This document shows, piece after piece, positions 26,491-39,981 of a stretch of DNA of 64,000 nt (position 1 is the first letter of the stretch; each line of letters starts with the position of its first letter). A program made the position numbers and the translations under genes. Source of the stretch: Sphagnum compactum (taxonomy: Eukaryota); the NCBI GenBank assembly GCA_965153455.1, contig OZ234493.1, positions 33,470,213-33,534,212 on the forward strand, read 5' to 3'. The notes under the pieces are model-generated. The model was not told where the DNA came from and made no database searches. It worked only from the letters and a program-made list of their open reading frames with translations.

Positions 26491-29400
26491 CAATTGAGTC
26501 TATCGCGAAAGATTACTCTTTCTGGGTCAACATGTAAATGACAAAATTGCAAATCAACTCATTGGTATTATGAAATGATGAATGATGGGAATGAGATTTT
26601 AATGGAAAATGAGTTCAATTTATAAAGCTAAGGAAAGGAATGAATGATGTGTTAGGAATGGTCAAGAATCATGTTAAAAAATGAAACCCTAAATTTGGTG
26701 GTGAAGGGTAGATGAAATCCTTTTTAATGAAAAATGATTTTTTTCCCCTTCCATTGACCATCAAGTTGAGATGTTTTCTTTCTCCTTCCATTGAACTAAT
26801 ATATTATCATGAGATTATGAAATTATAAAAACTATAACATTTACTGTTTATCTAGCAAGCATAATTTGAACTAAATTATTTGAAAAAATTAAATGAAAAT
26901 AAAGTGCATTTGAACAAAAATGGTTCACATTCTACTTTCATCTTTCCATTTGTTCAATCCAATTTTTCTTTGAATACATTACACATCAAAATTTTCAATT
27001 CATTAGAAAATTAATAATAATTTATAATGTTTCAATTAGTCATAATTAAATTTGTTTCAACCTATGAACACAAATCAACATTTAAAATTTAAATTTTTTG
27101 AACTTTATCATCACTAGTGACATGTACACAAATATAGTCATCTCTTCAAAACCATGAAGCGAAAGTTGGACAAATAAATTTCACAGTACATTGCTTGTTT
27201 TCTTACAATAATCATAGAACTCAAAACATAAGTAACCTTTTTATGTATGCGAATTTGAAGTAAAGATACAAAAATGTTTTATCAAAATGAATTGATATTT
27301 TATTTATATTATGATCTACCGTCATATTTTGTTATCATCATTAAATTCATGATGATAACACAACATGATGGTGCGATACATTGTAATTTCAATGTATTAC
27401 AAAGTCAAAAAAAAATAAAATCTTTCTAATAATTTCACCACATTCAAGGGGCGAAAGCCTAATCTTCAACTTGACAAAATCAATTTGATTTCCATTCAAC
27501 ACCCTTTGGATATCTTATTAGTTAACAACAAATTTGTTTAACCGTCCAATATTAGTTGAAGAAACAAACCATTTTAGAATATATTGTTTTAACTTTAAGC
27601 TCAAGTTTCTAAACTTGACATCTAAGACAGAATTTTCAAGGTTTGGGAATTAAACCTTAATAAAAATTGAGAGTAATAAAAGACCTAGTATTTATTTTCC
27701 TATCCATAAAATCTCCAATATCTTTTTCAATAGGGAAGGCCTCAAAGGAACGATAAACCTAAAATTGCAACACACAAAGGTTTAAACTCAAAAGACAAAC
27801 TAACAATCACAAACAATCTCTTGGCTTCCTTTACACATTCATGGAGTGTTTCAAATGTCAATTTATAGTCTGAAGACAAGAAACTAGTGCTGGCTCCAGC
27901 GGAAAAAAAATCTGATCTTTGATTGAAGATAGTGGAGAATTAGAACATGAAAAATACACAAAATTAACCAAAAATAAGATTGAGCTTATCTCTAAGTCTC
28001 AGGAAGGATTTTGGTTGAAGACAAGCTTAGCTTTAGAGTGATTTGCCTGAAGGATTCTCCTGCTATAACCCACTCACGACATCCAAGAGAATCTTACATG
28101 CCAAATGAGTGTCAAACAAGATAAAAGGATATTCGTAATACTTAATAATAACAGTAAACAGAATTCCCCTAATTTGAACAAGTCTACTGGCTACATAAAT
28201 TGATTGACTTGTATTTCATATATTGACATGGCTTCTTGGATAGTAATAGGGCAAAAGTATACTCAATGTAAAGAGCAATGGAAGTGTCTCCCTACGAAAT
28301 TGAAACTAATATAACAAAGACAAGATGTATTGGAGGTACTTACACTGCACTCATGTCTGTTGGTACTCTTGGTCACCTCAAGTCAACCAACCAATCCTCA
28401 TGAGCCATGTCTGAATTGCTTGGTAGTCAATCCTCGTGCTGAGGGTAGATGATGACCATGGTCAACAAACAAATAGCACTTCACAACTTTGACCATCGGA
28501 TAACTGGCACATGCTGAGGCAAAATAATTTCAAAAGACAGTTGAGGTTGCTTTCACCAGCACAATGAGGGTTGGTGTCCAGGCAAACCCAGACGTTGCAA
28601 GATGTAACATGCTGACAAGGTGATACTAATTTTGATAAAAGACAAGCAACACATGGTCAACTTCTGGATTGCCCATGTCAAACGCACCTACCTAATCAAT
28701 TGCTTTGCATTTCATGTCCACTTGATTGCACTTCTCAAGCTGAAGAAACTTGGCCAGTGGCTGATTCCCAAGATCCCTGATTTCATGTTCAGGAACTTTG
28801 ACATGAAGAGAATTTTGAGATTCCTCCAAGATACACACAAAAACCATTAGATGCTCCCTCACAGGATGTAAAAAGCTTCACTTCTAGCTTTAACAGAAAT
28901 CTGAACAGAGCTTATCAAAACTAGCAATGTACTCAAATTGTTCACATCTTTGCAAACTGTGCCATGTAAAATTAAATTTATGTGGCATGCAATGAAGAAA
29001 GACCACCTGAACACCTCTGTCAAGTGGTTGCTATGGCTTGAGAGGACAAGCTGCCTTTAGATGCCTGAACTCCTCTGTTGACTTTCATTACTGTCACAAA
29101 GAAAAAACTGCTCAAATGCGCTGGCAATAACATCTAGAAGAAATGATCGTAACAATCGCATTCCCATACAATGGAAGCCAATGAACAATAGCTAATGCAA
29201 TAACACATTGCATACAAAAGACTGCACTACGAACAGATAACATGAGATAGGGAGATGAGAGTAGTGACATTATGACCATCCTCTTTCATGTTGGCTTTTG
29301 GCAACTTTATGAGAGCATCCACAATTCCAACCAGCAGAGAACCACAAAGTAAGAAAATCAATTCTACTTGCCAGGGCTGTACAATTGAGTGCATGCAGTC

Positions 29401-30014
29401 AGAAGTGTTCAATTCGAACATTGGGGGGTTCCCAGCAGCCAGCACTATGAAATTCCACTCCATGGTAGCTGCAGCAACCATTATCCGCACTCAACCCTTG
29501 TCAGTGAGTATAACAATTGATCATTCCTCAAAATTAGTGCTGCATCATTCCTCAAAATTAAACAGTGAAAGGAAATACCAGGTTCCAACACAGCAAGGAA
29601 ATTGGCTCTGGTGATGCAGTTGCAAAGAACTTTCATATAATTCCAGCAACCAGGCTTTACTTGAAACACCAGAACATGACACCATTTCAATGTCTCATCC
29701 TCTACCCAAATTCCGTTGCCTGGGCCTCCCAAGAGACCAGTACTGCTGTAGAAGCCCAAAATGACTCTGCAAAAATGGGCTGTGATGGGATACAAATACC
29801 CACAGAGTTCAGTGCTCACAGATCCATACTGAGAATGCTCAACAATACACCATCCAGCAAAAACAGCATAACAATTGAATGCTTCTGCTTGATTGCAAGA
29901 ATACTGGAACAGACTGCACAAAGATGGTCAGCAGAAGTAATGGAGAAATCTGAATCATTTCAGCATAGATGTTAGACACCTACAAGGTGCCTGTCTACAA
30001 TTTGCTAAAAAAAA

Positions 30015-31397
30015 CTACTTCCATCTCATGCTACCAAGATGAATCACATCCTCATCAGTTCCTGGTTTTGAGCGAAAGCTATTGTCATTCATGTCCTTAC
30101 TTTTCTTGTCACTGGCATCCCCATACACATCCAACAGCTTTTTCAAGTTATTGAATGCCGGTTTGACATTTGTTGGGCTTTGAGAGCTCTGTTGCCCCAC
30201 AATACTGCTGCGTCCCCTGGGGCTGTGGCTTCTACGATGATCAATGTCTTCATACTGTCTCTCCTTCTCCCTCTCTCTTCTCCTGTCCCTTTCACCACTC
30301 CAGTCCCTCCTCTCCCTGCTCTTGCCATTCTCCCTCTCTCTTTCTCTGTCCCTACCCCTTGCCTTTTCATTCCCACCATCCCTAAACCTAGAATCCCTGT
30401 TGCTATCTCTATCCCTGTCCTCTCTACCCCTGCCCCTACTGTCCTCCCGGTCACGGTCTCTGCTCCTCTCCCTTTCCCTCTCTCTGTCCCGAAGCCTCTC
30501 CCGCTCCTGGTCATGTTCCCTGTCACGATCCCGGTCCCTTCCTGCAGCATCAACATCCCGAGTCCTCCGCATGTCTCTTTCCCGGTCAGAGTCCCTACTT
30601 CTCTCCCTATCTCGGTCTCTTGAATCTCGGTCAACATCAACCCTTTCTTGCCTCTTTGAACGATGCACATCGTTTGTACCATTATGCTGTGGCTCATGCA
30701 CAGGCACACTTCGTCGGATAGGTGAAGAATCTCGAGTGAATGCTCGATGAGGAGCACGCTGCCCAAATGATACAGAGAGTGCAGCTTTCACAGATGGGGG
30801 CCTGCGTGCGGTATCATCCCCACCATGACGTCCACCTGCCCCTGTAACCCCAGCAGGCTGTGTTGAGAGCTTCATGCGCTCCAAATGTGCAGTAATTTGG
30901 CGCAAAATGGGAACAGGTATGCGAGGGAAAAGAGTGTCAAAGTAGTACTGGTTCAGAAGAAGGTCCCGCACATATACACCCATGGTGGTCATCCTCCCAT
31001 TCGATCCCGGAGCAAACTCCTCATCATCTGTCACATATTGCTCAAACCAACCCCACAAAGTCTTTGGATCACCCACATACCTGAGGTACAGAAACCCTAT
31101 TGCTCTTATGTAGGGCGAATCTACATGATCCAATAATCCTCGCATCTGCTTCACAGAGAACTTCATGGTGAAAAGCTTGTACAGCAGACAGAAGGCCGTA
31201 GACGGACCCCGACAATTCCCTGTCATCCACGGCTCCACATGATCTACCTGGTTGTAGATTTCATCAACCACTTCCGTATACGTCTTCAAGCTGTAAAGCT
31301 CCTTGAAGTAGTCTGAAGAGAGTATGTTTGTGCACAGCACCCGTTCTAGCAAAGCATCCAAAGGCTTCCCACATGTCTGCACCTCCATTCTTTCCAT
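30015..31397 (-). CDS. PRP38: Pre-mRNA splicing factor PRP38 family (SRL1/PRPF38B-like) with RD/RS-rich tail; single coding exon (start ATG at 31397 or 31388)
   Basis: NILSSDYFKELYSLKTYTEVVDEIYNQVDHVEPWMTGNCRGPSTAFCLLYKLF...DSPYIRAIGFLYLRY...YYFDTLFPRIPVP is the PRP38 domain, followed by a long R/D/E/S region. Confidence 0.96.
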   Translation of the reverse strand: MERMEVQTCGKPLDALLERVLCTNILSSDYFKELYSLKTYTEVVDEIYNQVDHVEPWMTGNCRGPSTAFCLLYKLFTMKFSVKQMRGLLDHVDSPYIRAIGFLYLRYVGDPKTLWGWFEQYVTDDEEFAPGSNGRMTTMGVYVRDLLLNQYYFDTLFPRIPVPILRQITAHLERMKLSTQPAGVTGAGGRHGGDDTARRPPSVKAALSVSFGQRAPHRAFTRDSSPIRRSVPVHEPQHNGTNDVHRSKRQERVDVDRDSRDRDRERSRDSDRERDMRRTRDVDAAGRDRDRDREHDQERERLRDRERERERSRDRDREDSRGRGREDRDRDSNRDSRFRDGGNEKARGRDRERERENGKSRERRDWSGERDRRREREKERQYEDIDHRRSHSPRGRSSIVGQQSSQSPTNVKPAFNNLKKLLDVYGDASDKKSKDMNDNSFRSKPGTDEDVIHLGSMRWK

Positions 31398-31403
31398 CGC
31401 CAC

Positions 31404-31412
31404 AAACCCTAA
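31404..31412. promoter_or_regulatory. Telo-box (AAACCCTAA) next to the PRP38 start codon; a second copy at about 31979
   Basis: Exact motif seen. Telo-boxes are known to be enriched near starts of plant splicing and translation genes, but this window has a high background of such motifs. Confidence 0.45.
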
Positions 31413-31880
31413 TTTTCTCGAAAACACCTCTGTCTGTCTGTCTGTCTCCTTTCGAGAAATCCTATCACCCTCCTCTTTTTCTCTCTACAGTTTTCAATCA
31501 CTCAATGTAAATCAAAGGAAAAAATTTCAGCAAAATCTTCGAGAAAGAAAACACACACACACACACACATGCACTTTGAGAACAAGAAGAAAACCCCAAC
31601 ATATTCCAAACCCTTACCCCCACCCCTCTCTTTTCCTCTGTCTTTTTGGCGTCTTCAACACAACCAACGGCTGATAGAACACAGAATCTGCGGTACCGGG
31701 ATAGCAAAAGACAAAATCCAGAAACCAACGAGCTCGCCTTTCCTTCCTTTCTTTGTTTGCGATGGTTTCCGACGCGCCAGCCTCGACAGCAAGCATCCGC
31801 TGCGAGGGACACAAAATGAGAATTTCCGCAAACCCTCACACGTCCACAAACGCGCTCCGTCCGAACCATGAAACACTTAT

Positions 31881-31960
31881 CATAAGTGGAACTAGCAAGA
31901 CCATAAGTGGAACTAGGGAGCCCATAAGTGGAACTGGCGGGACCACAAGTGGAGATGACC
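31881..31960. repeat. 21-bp tandem repeat (CATAAGTGGAACTAG...) x3.5 upstream of PRP38
   Basis: Units at 31881, 31902, 31923 and 31944. A related two-unit copy lies at about 42838-42880. Confidence 0.85.
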
Positions 31961-34003
31961 ACCTGTCCCACCAAAGAGAAACCCTAAAATCTACCTGAAT
32001 ACGAACCCAGACAGTGAAATACCCGGTCACGAGCTACCATCCGGGTTGGTGCGCGGATGATTTGGTTTTTTCTTAATACCCGGAGGTTCCCTCTTTCAAC
32101 TCATTCAGAACAAGACACAACCCTGGTTTGCAGGTCGTGGGGTAATAATTTTGAGAATGGAAAAAAAATCAGTGTTGTTGGGTATATCATTTACCCGGAT
32201 ATACTCGTTAGGTACATGTAAGGTACATGATATATATCTATATATATATAATTTTATTTTTTAATAAAATAAATATATCTTAATCAAATGCATACTCAAA
32301 GATATGTAAATTTTTAAAAGAATACCCATTTCATAACCCTGAATATATTTCAAAAAATATTCATACTCAAAGTTGAATATGTTCTCAAAATTGTGTAAAT
32401 CTCATTAGGGTAAGTCTTGCTTGAATCTTAAAATTTAAACCTAAACCTTAAAATTATTACCATTGTTATGTTTGATCCTTGAGCAAGGTGTTTAATATTC
32501 ATATATATATATATAATTTCATGATTTAGTATCATATTGTCATACGAGGAATGAAATTATTCAGATTGTAACATGCAATAATTATGATGGTTTTCAACAC
32601 CTTAGCTTCATATTTTTTAAGAAATTTTGTTTCACTATTTTTAGAATTATTTAATAATGAAATTGATCGTAGGGTAAAGTTTTACAATTTGATTGAATTT
32701 CTGAAAATTTTGACAAAACGAAAAAAATATAATTTGTACCAAAATAGCACAGAAAATTTCTTCAATTACACAACAATAAAATGTGTGTGTGTGTGTGTGT
32801 GTGTTTTTTTCCAATTTGGCCCTCCATACCCCCTTAGTCCTGAGCCCCCTAACCTCCTAGCCTTAGCCCATACAGCCCCCATTTCATAGCTCATGGGCGG
32901 GCAGCCCGTTTCTGACCCCAAAAAAAGGAAGTTGTGCCTAATTTGGGGATCCCATCCTGGGTTTCCCCCAATTTGGTCCCTTATTTGGACTCATTGAGGA
33001 TAACACCGCTTATGTATAGGATGAGATCAAAAAGAGGCGGTGAGAGTGGGGGGACCCAACTGGATTCCACTTTGTGGATAGGTATCAATTGATATGAAGT
33101 TCTAGTATAAGACCGGCTCTCTATTGAATCCTTAAGTTGGACCTTGCCTTGGAACCTAGCTTGCCATCTTGGTTCTTCAAATCATGAGCTCTCCTCCTTT
33201 TGAGCTCTTTTTTGGGGGTTTGAATCAATTGAATTTATATTTTTGTTGTCTTTGTTGCAAGTGAGGGTTCTTCTAAGCTTTTACTTATCTTTCAGATCTA
33301 AAATGAGCTCGCATAACCCATTTGAATATTTGAAACACAAATTATAATCAAGAAAAGGGTCAAAAGTCAAATTGACAGTTTGACTCCCCATCACTAAAAA
33401 TCAAGAATCTCTTTCTCTCATATGCTTCTAGCTATTGATGGGGTCAGAGCTTTGAAACCTGATTCGACTCCTCCTTGGGTCCCAATTTATGGCTCTCATC
33501 CAATACAAGATTGCTCTATTTCATTGGACCCTTGTCCAAAGGGGCCAGCCCTAAAGACTCTACACACCCAAAACATGCATAAATTATTCTTCACTAACCC
33601 AAATGTGTTTGGGCATCACCCATTTCTTTTTTTTGGAAAAAAAATAAATTGTGAATCATGTTCAGGGCAGACAATGAAAAAAGAAATGTAGCAATTAAGT
33701 TTTGTACCACCTACTGCATTGAAGAGTTGCTGCTGGGGGCATTTAAGGAGCTGGCCAGTTAGTTGCCAGGCCCAGTCTCTCTGCCTACAAGGGGGATGAG
33801 AAGAGAAGCATGTGACTATTATTACAAAGAGAAGAGTCATGTCGTCATTTGCGTAGCGGCGAAGACACTCACTCCCATGTCATGTCATGTGTGTGTATCA
33901 AGATTCAAGAGAGAGAGGAGACGCCCACCCGCTCCTATTGTGTGTGGGTTTGTGTGTGTTTTGAGTCTTTGATCCGTTTTCTGTAAAGCTTTTGGTTTTC
34001 TTC

Positions 34004-36363
34004 ATGGCAAATTGTTGTTGTAGTAGTAGTAGTAGTAGTTCTACTACTTCTCAATGGGTCTTTCCCATTATATACTTGGTGCTCTTCTGTTTGCTCAATT
34101 GTGGCGGAACAACAGAAGCGAAGTGCTATTCGACCATCTTCGGCTTTGGGGACTCCAAGACAGACACGGGCCAAATGCAAACCGCATTCCCTTTTCAAAC
34201 CGCAGCTGAGTTCTGGCCTTACGGAAGGACTTTCTTCGGTCGTCCAGTCAACCGCTATTGCGATGGCCGCCTCGTGATCGACTTCATGAGTGAGCACTGA
34301 GTACCCAATGCCCGATATGGGTGGTTCTTCTTGTTGAGTATGTATGATACAGTTAGCTGCTAGAATGTTGCGATTGGATCATACCACCTTTGCTCTTATA
34401 ATGGAAGGGTTCATGGGTTCACGGTTTAATGTATAGGGGACGGAACAGCTTTGATGCTCTTCCTGGATTTGAGGGCCTGGCTGAAGGCAATAAGCCCAAG
34501 GGCTGCGCCTGAAAATCCAGGAATTGCCACAGAGTTGTTCCTTCTCCAACGAAAAGAATATTTTCAAATTTAGGAACCTCGCAAAAGTGTAAGGTACCCT
34601 TTTTTTCAGGATGTGCCCTTGATCAACAAACCTGTGACCTTACACTTTTGTAAGGTCCCTTTATATGAAATCGGTAACTTCTGCTGCCGGGGGAGGCACT
34701 TTCAGATACACAGGCTAAATTTGAAAAGTTCTTTATGGAGAGTTGATGTTCTTTCTTTTGAATTCAGAGTTTGTAGTAGAAGAAGGATTGAGTCGTTGGT
34801 GGCTTTGGGATTGGGGAACATGCACAGCCCAGGCATACAATCTGCCATTCTTGAGCCCATATTTTGAAGCACTCAACTCCGACTTCAGGCACGGAGTCAA
34901 TTTTGCAGCCTCTTCTGCTGGTGCACGGCGTGTTATTTACAGAGGATGTCCCTTCACCCTTCCCATACAGCTTCAACAGTACCGCAGGTTCAAGCTCACC
35001 ACATTATCTACAGGTATGTATGTACCTAACCCCTGTTAGCACCTACTTCCTTTACTCATTGTTGTGTCTGTATCACCTTTTGTGCACTGTGCCCTAGACA
35101 ACAAGATTTAAAATGATGTTTTGTTTAAGTAGGGTTGTTCACTGTGTTAGTGGGCCAGAATTCAGAAGTGAAGTGTGTACCAGGTTTGCATGCACACCCT
35201 TGATCAACAAAAAAATGCAAATTTGATCTTTGTTAAGAAAAAGGTTGTTCATGGACTGATGTTGAATGTGCTAGATTTGGAGGTGAGGTCACCCAATGCA
35301 ACAGGATTCAGAACAGGATTGCATGTTGTGTCAGTTGGAGAGAATGACTATCGATTGGGTTACCATGCTGGCATGACATTTGACCAAGTGGTGAAATGGG
35401 TACCTGATGTTGTGGGCAATATCACAGCTGTTCTCGAAGTAAGGTTTTTTTTTTGTTCATTTGGTTTTCCCCTTCCATTTACCAATGTGATTACGTTGAC
35501 ACTGTGAACATGTTTGTTCTCACAATGGAAAAAACAGAAAGGCAATTATCCAATACAAGGGATTATTGCTGCCCATGGATTATGCAAGAGATGGATCTTA
35601 TAACATACTGAAAATTGGGTTTGTTGTCTGTCTTGGTGGAGTTTAGGGTCTGTACCTTGAAGGCGCTCGGGAGTTCTTTGTGATGAACATTGCTGTGGAA
35701 GGATGTGAGCCATGTCTTTTGGCACTGTTTCTAGACAGTCCTCCGAGTGACTATGATGAGTTGGGGTGCTTGAAAGGACTGAATGATGTCACTCATGCTC
35801 ACAACAACGCACTGAAAGCTGCTGTTGATATGTTGAGACTCAAATACCCTGATGCAACATTCATCTATGGGGATCACTTTGGATCACATCTAAACATACT
35901 GAAGAACTACAAAAAGCATGGTGAGCAACCCTGTGACCTGATCATGTGTCTTGGCAGCTCAACACTACTGACTCTCCTTTTTTTGGTTTGACTAGTAATT
36001 GCAGTTTCTGATCCAAAGTTTGTCGCAGGATTCGAGAGTGTAACCAAGGCATGTTGTGGGAGTGGACCTTTACCAATCAATTATAATGAGAATATCACTT
36101 GTGGCATGCAAGGTTCTACTGTATGCACTGATCCTTCAAACCATGTGAGCTGGGATGGTGTCCATTTGACTGAGCATGTCCACCGCCTCATAGCTCTAGA
36201 TTTTCTAACGGGTTCCTTCACTGACCCACCAAATGCTCTCAGTGGTGGCTGCACTCTCAATCTTGACTTCAGCAGATTTGCTCACGGATCTGATCAGCTT
36301 TCGGAATTACATCTTGAAGTCGTTCCACAGTTATTAAGGCAGGAGAAAGACTATTTTATTTGA
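34004..36363 (+). CDS. GDSL/SGNH esterase-lipase with signal peptide; exons 34004-34289, 34828-35013, 35275-35438, 35647-35920, 36029-36363
   Basis: Hydrophobic N-terminus, block I FGFGDSKTDTG, PYG..FFGRPVNRYCDGRLVIDF, GVNFA, block III VGENDY, ACCGSG, block V SWDGVHLTE. Five exons in phase. Confidence 0.95.
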
Positions 36364-38106
36364 GGCAATAATGTGGAAAGTTATCTGGTTGGATTATTTA
36401 TAAGATCTACCAAGAGGAAAGAAACTATGCACGAAATAATTTGACCAGGCCTAGATGGCATGAGATGTGAGTGGTTGGTAATTCGAAATTCTACCATGTC
36501 TAGAAGGTCAGTAACGATATGCTACCAGTCGTAGTTACCAGTCAAATCTTCCATCTTTTTTGGCCTTCATTTCATGATCTTTCTTGACTACCGATCCCAC
36601 ATTTCTAATAGACATTGGCTATATTACTCTCTCAGATCCTATCTTTTAAACCCATGTAATGTGCATTTGTGGGGTGTCAAGGTTTGAGATTTGCAAGAAA
36701 AAAGGTTAAAGCCATAGTATTGATTTTCAAGAGTTTGCAAAAGAAGAATGAGAACCATAGGCCACAAACAATACATCCGAAATTGATTCATTTGTTTCCT
36801 TCTTTTGTTGCTTGTATTGTCGGCTTTTTTCAATTCTTCTAGCATATTTCAATAAACAAGGGTTTGAAAATTGATATGGATTCTAGAGACATTTCATCTG
36901 GATGTTGATTAACTCTATTATGCCTTCCTTCTCTAATGATATTATTAATGACTCTTTATTGCTCACAAAATCAAGGATCCATGGTAGGTGATTATGATTG
37001 AAATTTTGAATATGTGTGTTGCCACCACATGATGTTTCCATTTTGATTTGTTATATGGAAGAGGTCTTCTTGCATGCATTGCTTACATGTATTCTATGCA
37101 ATAGGATTGCAATTGAGGTTTTTGTATTGACTTTCATAACATTCAAATTTCCACAACATTTCCATCATTTCCATAACATTCACATTTTCATAGTATGTGG
37201 ACTCTAAAGGTTGTGGTGTCCACTCCTCCTTGGTATCAATAACAAAATGAAATTGATGTCGATGATGAACGTGTATGTGATAAGATTTGATTTAATGTAG
37301 TATTGTTATTTGTATTGAGGTTGATCATGCGTGAAGTTCCATTGCCATAAATAGCCCTCGTTAACTAACATGCACTATCATAAACCCAAGAGGAGAGTCT
37401 AATGTTGGACAAAGCCAATTATTATTGTCTAAATAATTATATTTTTTCATTATGCAAACATAAGTTGTTGATCTCCTCAATAGCTCTTCAAATAAATCCA
37501 TCGACTTTAAAACCATATAAATAAGAGCTAGAGACAAGTGTGTAATGAAGCGAAGGAAAGACAAAACAAGAGATGGATTGGGTAATCACTAATAATGATT
37601 CAAATATGCCTTTTGAAAATCACATGTAACATGGTGTGAAATTTCACCATTTAGCCAAACGCCTTGCCCTATAGCCATCATATCACCAATGTGTTTGATC
37701 ACAATTACTATTGTTATAGCCAATTTACGAACATTTGCAAGTGACAACTTGCCATCATAACTAGTCTTAACAAAATTACCCAATAGGCTCCACCTCACTC
37801 AACAAATTAGTTTGCTAAGGTTAATTCTCTAAACAAAATGACAACTAACCATTTACAAAAGATTTCCATAGAAAAATTATATAATCATTCCAAATGAGAA
37901 GTTATTTTCAAAATAAAAAACTAGCAACGTCCATAACTTAAGGTTCTCTTTTAGCACCAAAAACCAAACAACCTTGGTTATGTTAGGGTGTTTTTTATTC
38001 ACATGTTTGCAAAGCTTATTGAATCAAAACCTTCCAAAAAGTACATTAGCTTTCAAGGGGGGGGGGGTGGGGTGGTGGCGCGGGGGAACTCAGAAAAGGT
38101 CGTAAA

Positions 38107-38422
38107 CTGAGTTTCACGCCGTCTTTCCTTTTTCCTGAGCGCCTCCATTGCTGCTACATATATTTTCACTGTTCCTACATGTAATTTCACTGCTCCTACC
38201 CGGACAACTACTATAATTACTCTCGAACTTTGTGCATTAAATGCTGAGTTTCGGCCCGTCTTTCCTTTTTCCTGAGCGCCTCCATTGCTGCTATATATAT
38301 TTTCACTGTTCCTACATATAATTTCGCTGCTCCTACCCGGACAACTACTATAATTACTCTCGAACTTTGTGCATTAAATGCTGAGTTCCTCGAACTTTGT
38401 GCATTAAATGCTGAGTTTCGGC
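38107..38422. repeat. 137-bp tandem duplication plus a nested ~30-bp duplication
   Basis: CTGAGTTTC..CCGTCTTTCCTTTTTCCTGAGCGCC... at 38107 and 38244. CTCGAACTTTGTGCATTAAATGCTGAGTT occurs three times. Confidence 0.92.
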
Positions 38423-39981
38423 ATTTCATACTAGATTTTGTAAAACTTCATTACTTTGCGGATACTGCTGAAAGAGGGGATAAGGGGTGAGAGGAGGCCC
38501 AAAGACTTTCCCAAAAACTCTATTGCTCTCTCAGATCCTATCTTTCTTTTTGTTTATTGATTTTCTTAAAATTTCCATCTTCCCCAACCCATGTATCATC
38601 CACTATCTTTGTCAATTCTAAAGCTCCCCAAACCCACATATAGCATCATCTAATGTTTGATCTTTCCTGGATTCCATCTTCCACAATAAGTTTCACTTTC
38701 ATTCATTTCCCAACTTTCCAAGTCCACATATGATTCAATGGATCTATAATGACCAGTGTTCTTTTGACAAGAATTTTGGGAAAATTTTGGGAGATTTTGT
38801 TTTTCTATTGTAAATTCTACACTTAAGATGAAAGCTAATATAACTTACAAGATCTCTTGTCAATGTGAAAGTTGACATTTAAAGAAGTTGATTGTTGAAG
38901 CAAATGAATGAGTGGCAAAGTTCTTTCCTTCAGATAGGGGGGCATAGCCACAAAACTGTGGGTATACACACCTGTACATACAGAATTGGCTCTCACTGCT
39001 GATTCTAATGGCAGAGGTGGTTCTGACCCTAACAAAGGCAGCTATAATTTTTAAAGAATCATAGCCAGCATAACCCATCGTGATGAAATGAACTTTAAGA
39101 CGATTGGCAATCCACAGAATTACACTTGCGTTTCTTTTGAAACTTGGTTTCTAGACAACCCACACCAAACATAACTACCAAATAAGCTTGGATAGAATCC
39201 ACTGAAATCTACTTCAACCATTGTGGAGCAAAGTAGTGCACTCAGTGAGATGGTTGTGAGGACTTTTCCATGTAAGAATATAAACTACACATCCTCTACT
39301 AGTCATTACATAAATCAGTTCACCAGTTCAGTGAAGAGACATGAAATCAACCTCTTAATGCTTACTTGCCCAGATGATGGGTGGGTGGCCTTTCACCCAG
39401 CTGTACACACCCCTAAACTCCACACATTTCTTCTATCAGTATATTTACAGACTTGGTTATTTTGAAGCTGCCTCAAAACAAATGGACCTGCCACATATTA
39501 CACACAAAAAATGACACATCATGAAAAACACAATGACATGGTTAAAAGTCAGCTGTTTCGCAACAAATGGTTAAAACTCGGTACAATGAAGGCTAGCAGT
39601 CTCAAGCACATAATAGATCATAAATTGATCCTAATCTGCATCAAGGTTCAGATGGTTAAATATTCAATCACAGAATTGAACATCCATGACTCATTTTCAT
39701 AAGTATTGTAAAATCCATAACATCTGAATTTGGGCTCAAACTGTGCAGCACTCTCAGAATGATCATGAAGGAAAATTTCCTTAGATTGATGAAATTTTTT
39801 GTTGAGGAATTTTCCCAAATATTACAGAAATAATAATTGCAATATTTGTACATATTTGGACATCGAAGGATTTGAACTTGACTGACATGAATCACACATT
39901 GTCAAACTTGCATGAGGAATTGTGGTGAACATACAGTTTAGTGCGGGCTTTACAAGTTGGGCGTGTGCTATGCACATACTC

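Noticed and set aside
28000-29975. Several 80-146-aa ORFs downstream of PRP38
   Set aside because: No consistent exon chain or known motif; probably long 3' UTR, intron or intergenic sequence.
30143-30766. Long overlapping and antisense ORFs within PRP38
   Set aside because: By-products of the low-complexity RD/RE-coding region.
30015-31397. Intronless PRP38 as a retrocopy
   Set aside because: No poly(A) tail or target-site duplication is visible, the ORF is intact with a normal promoter, and I cannot show that orthologues carry coding introns.
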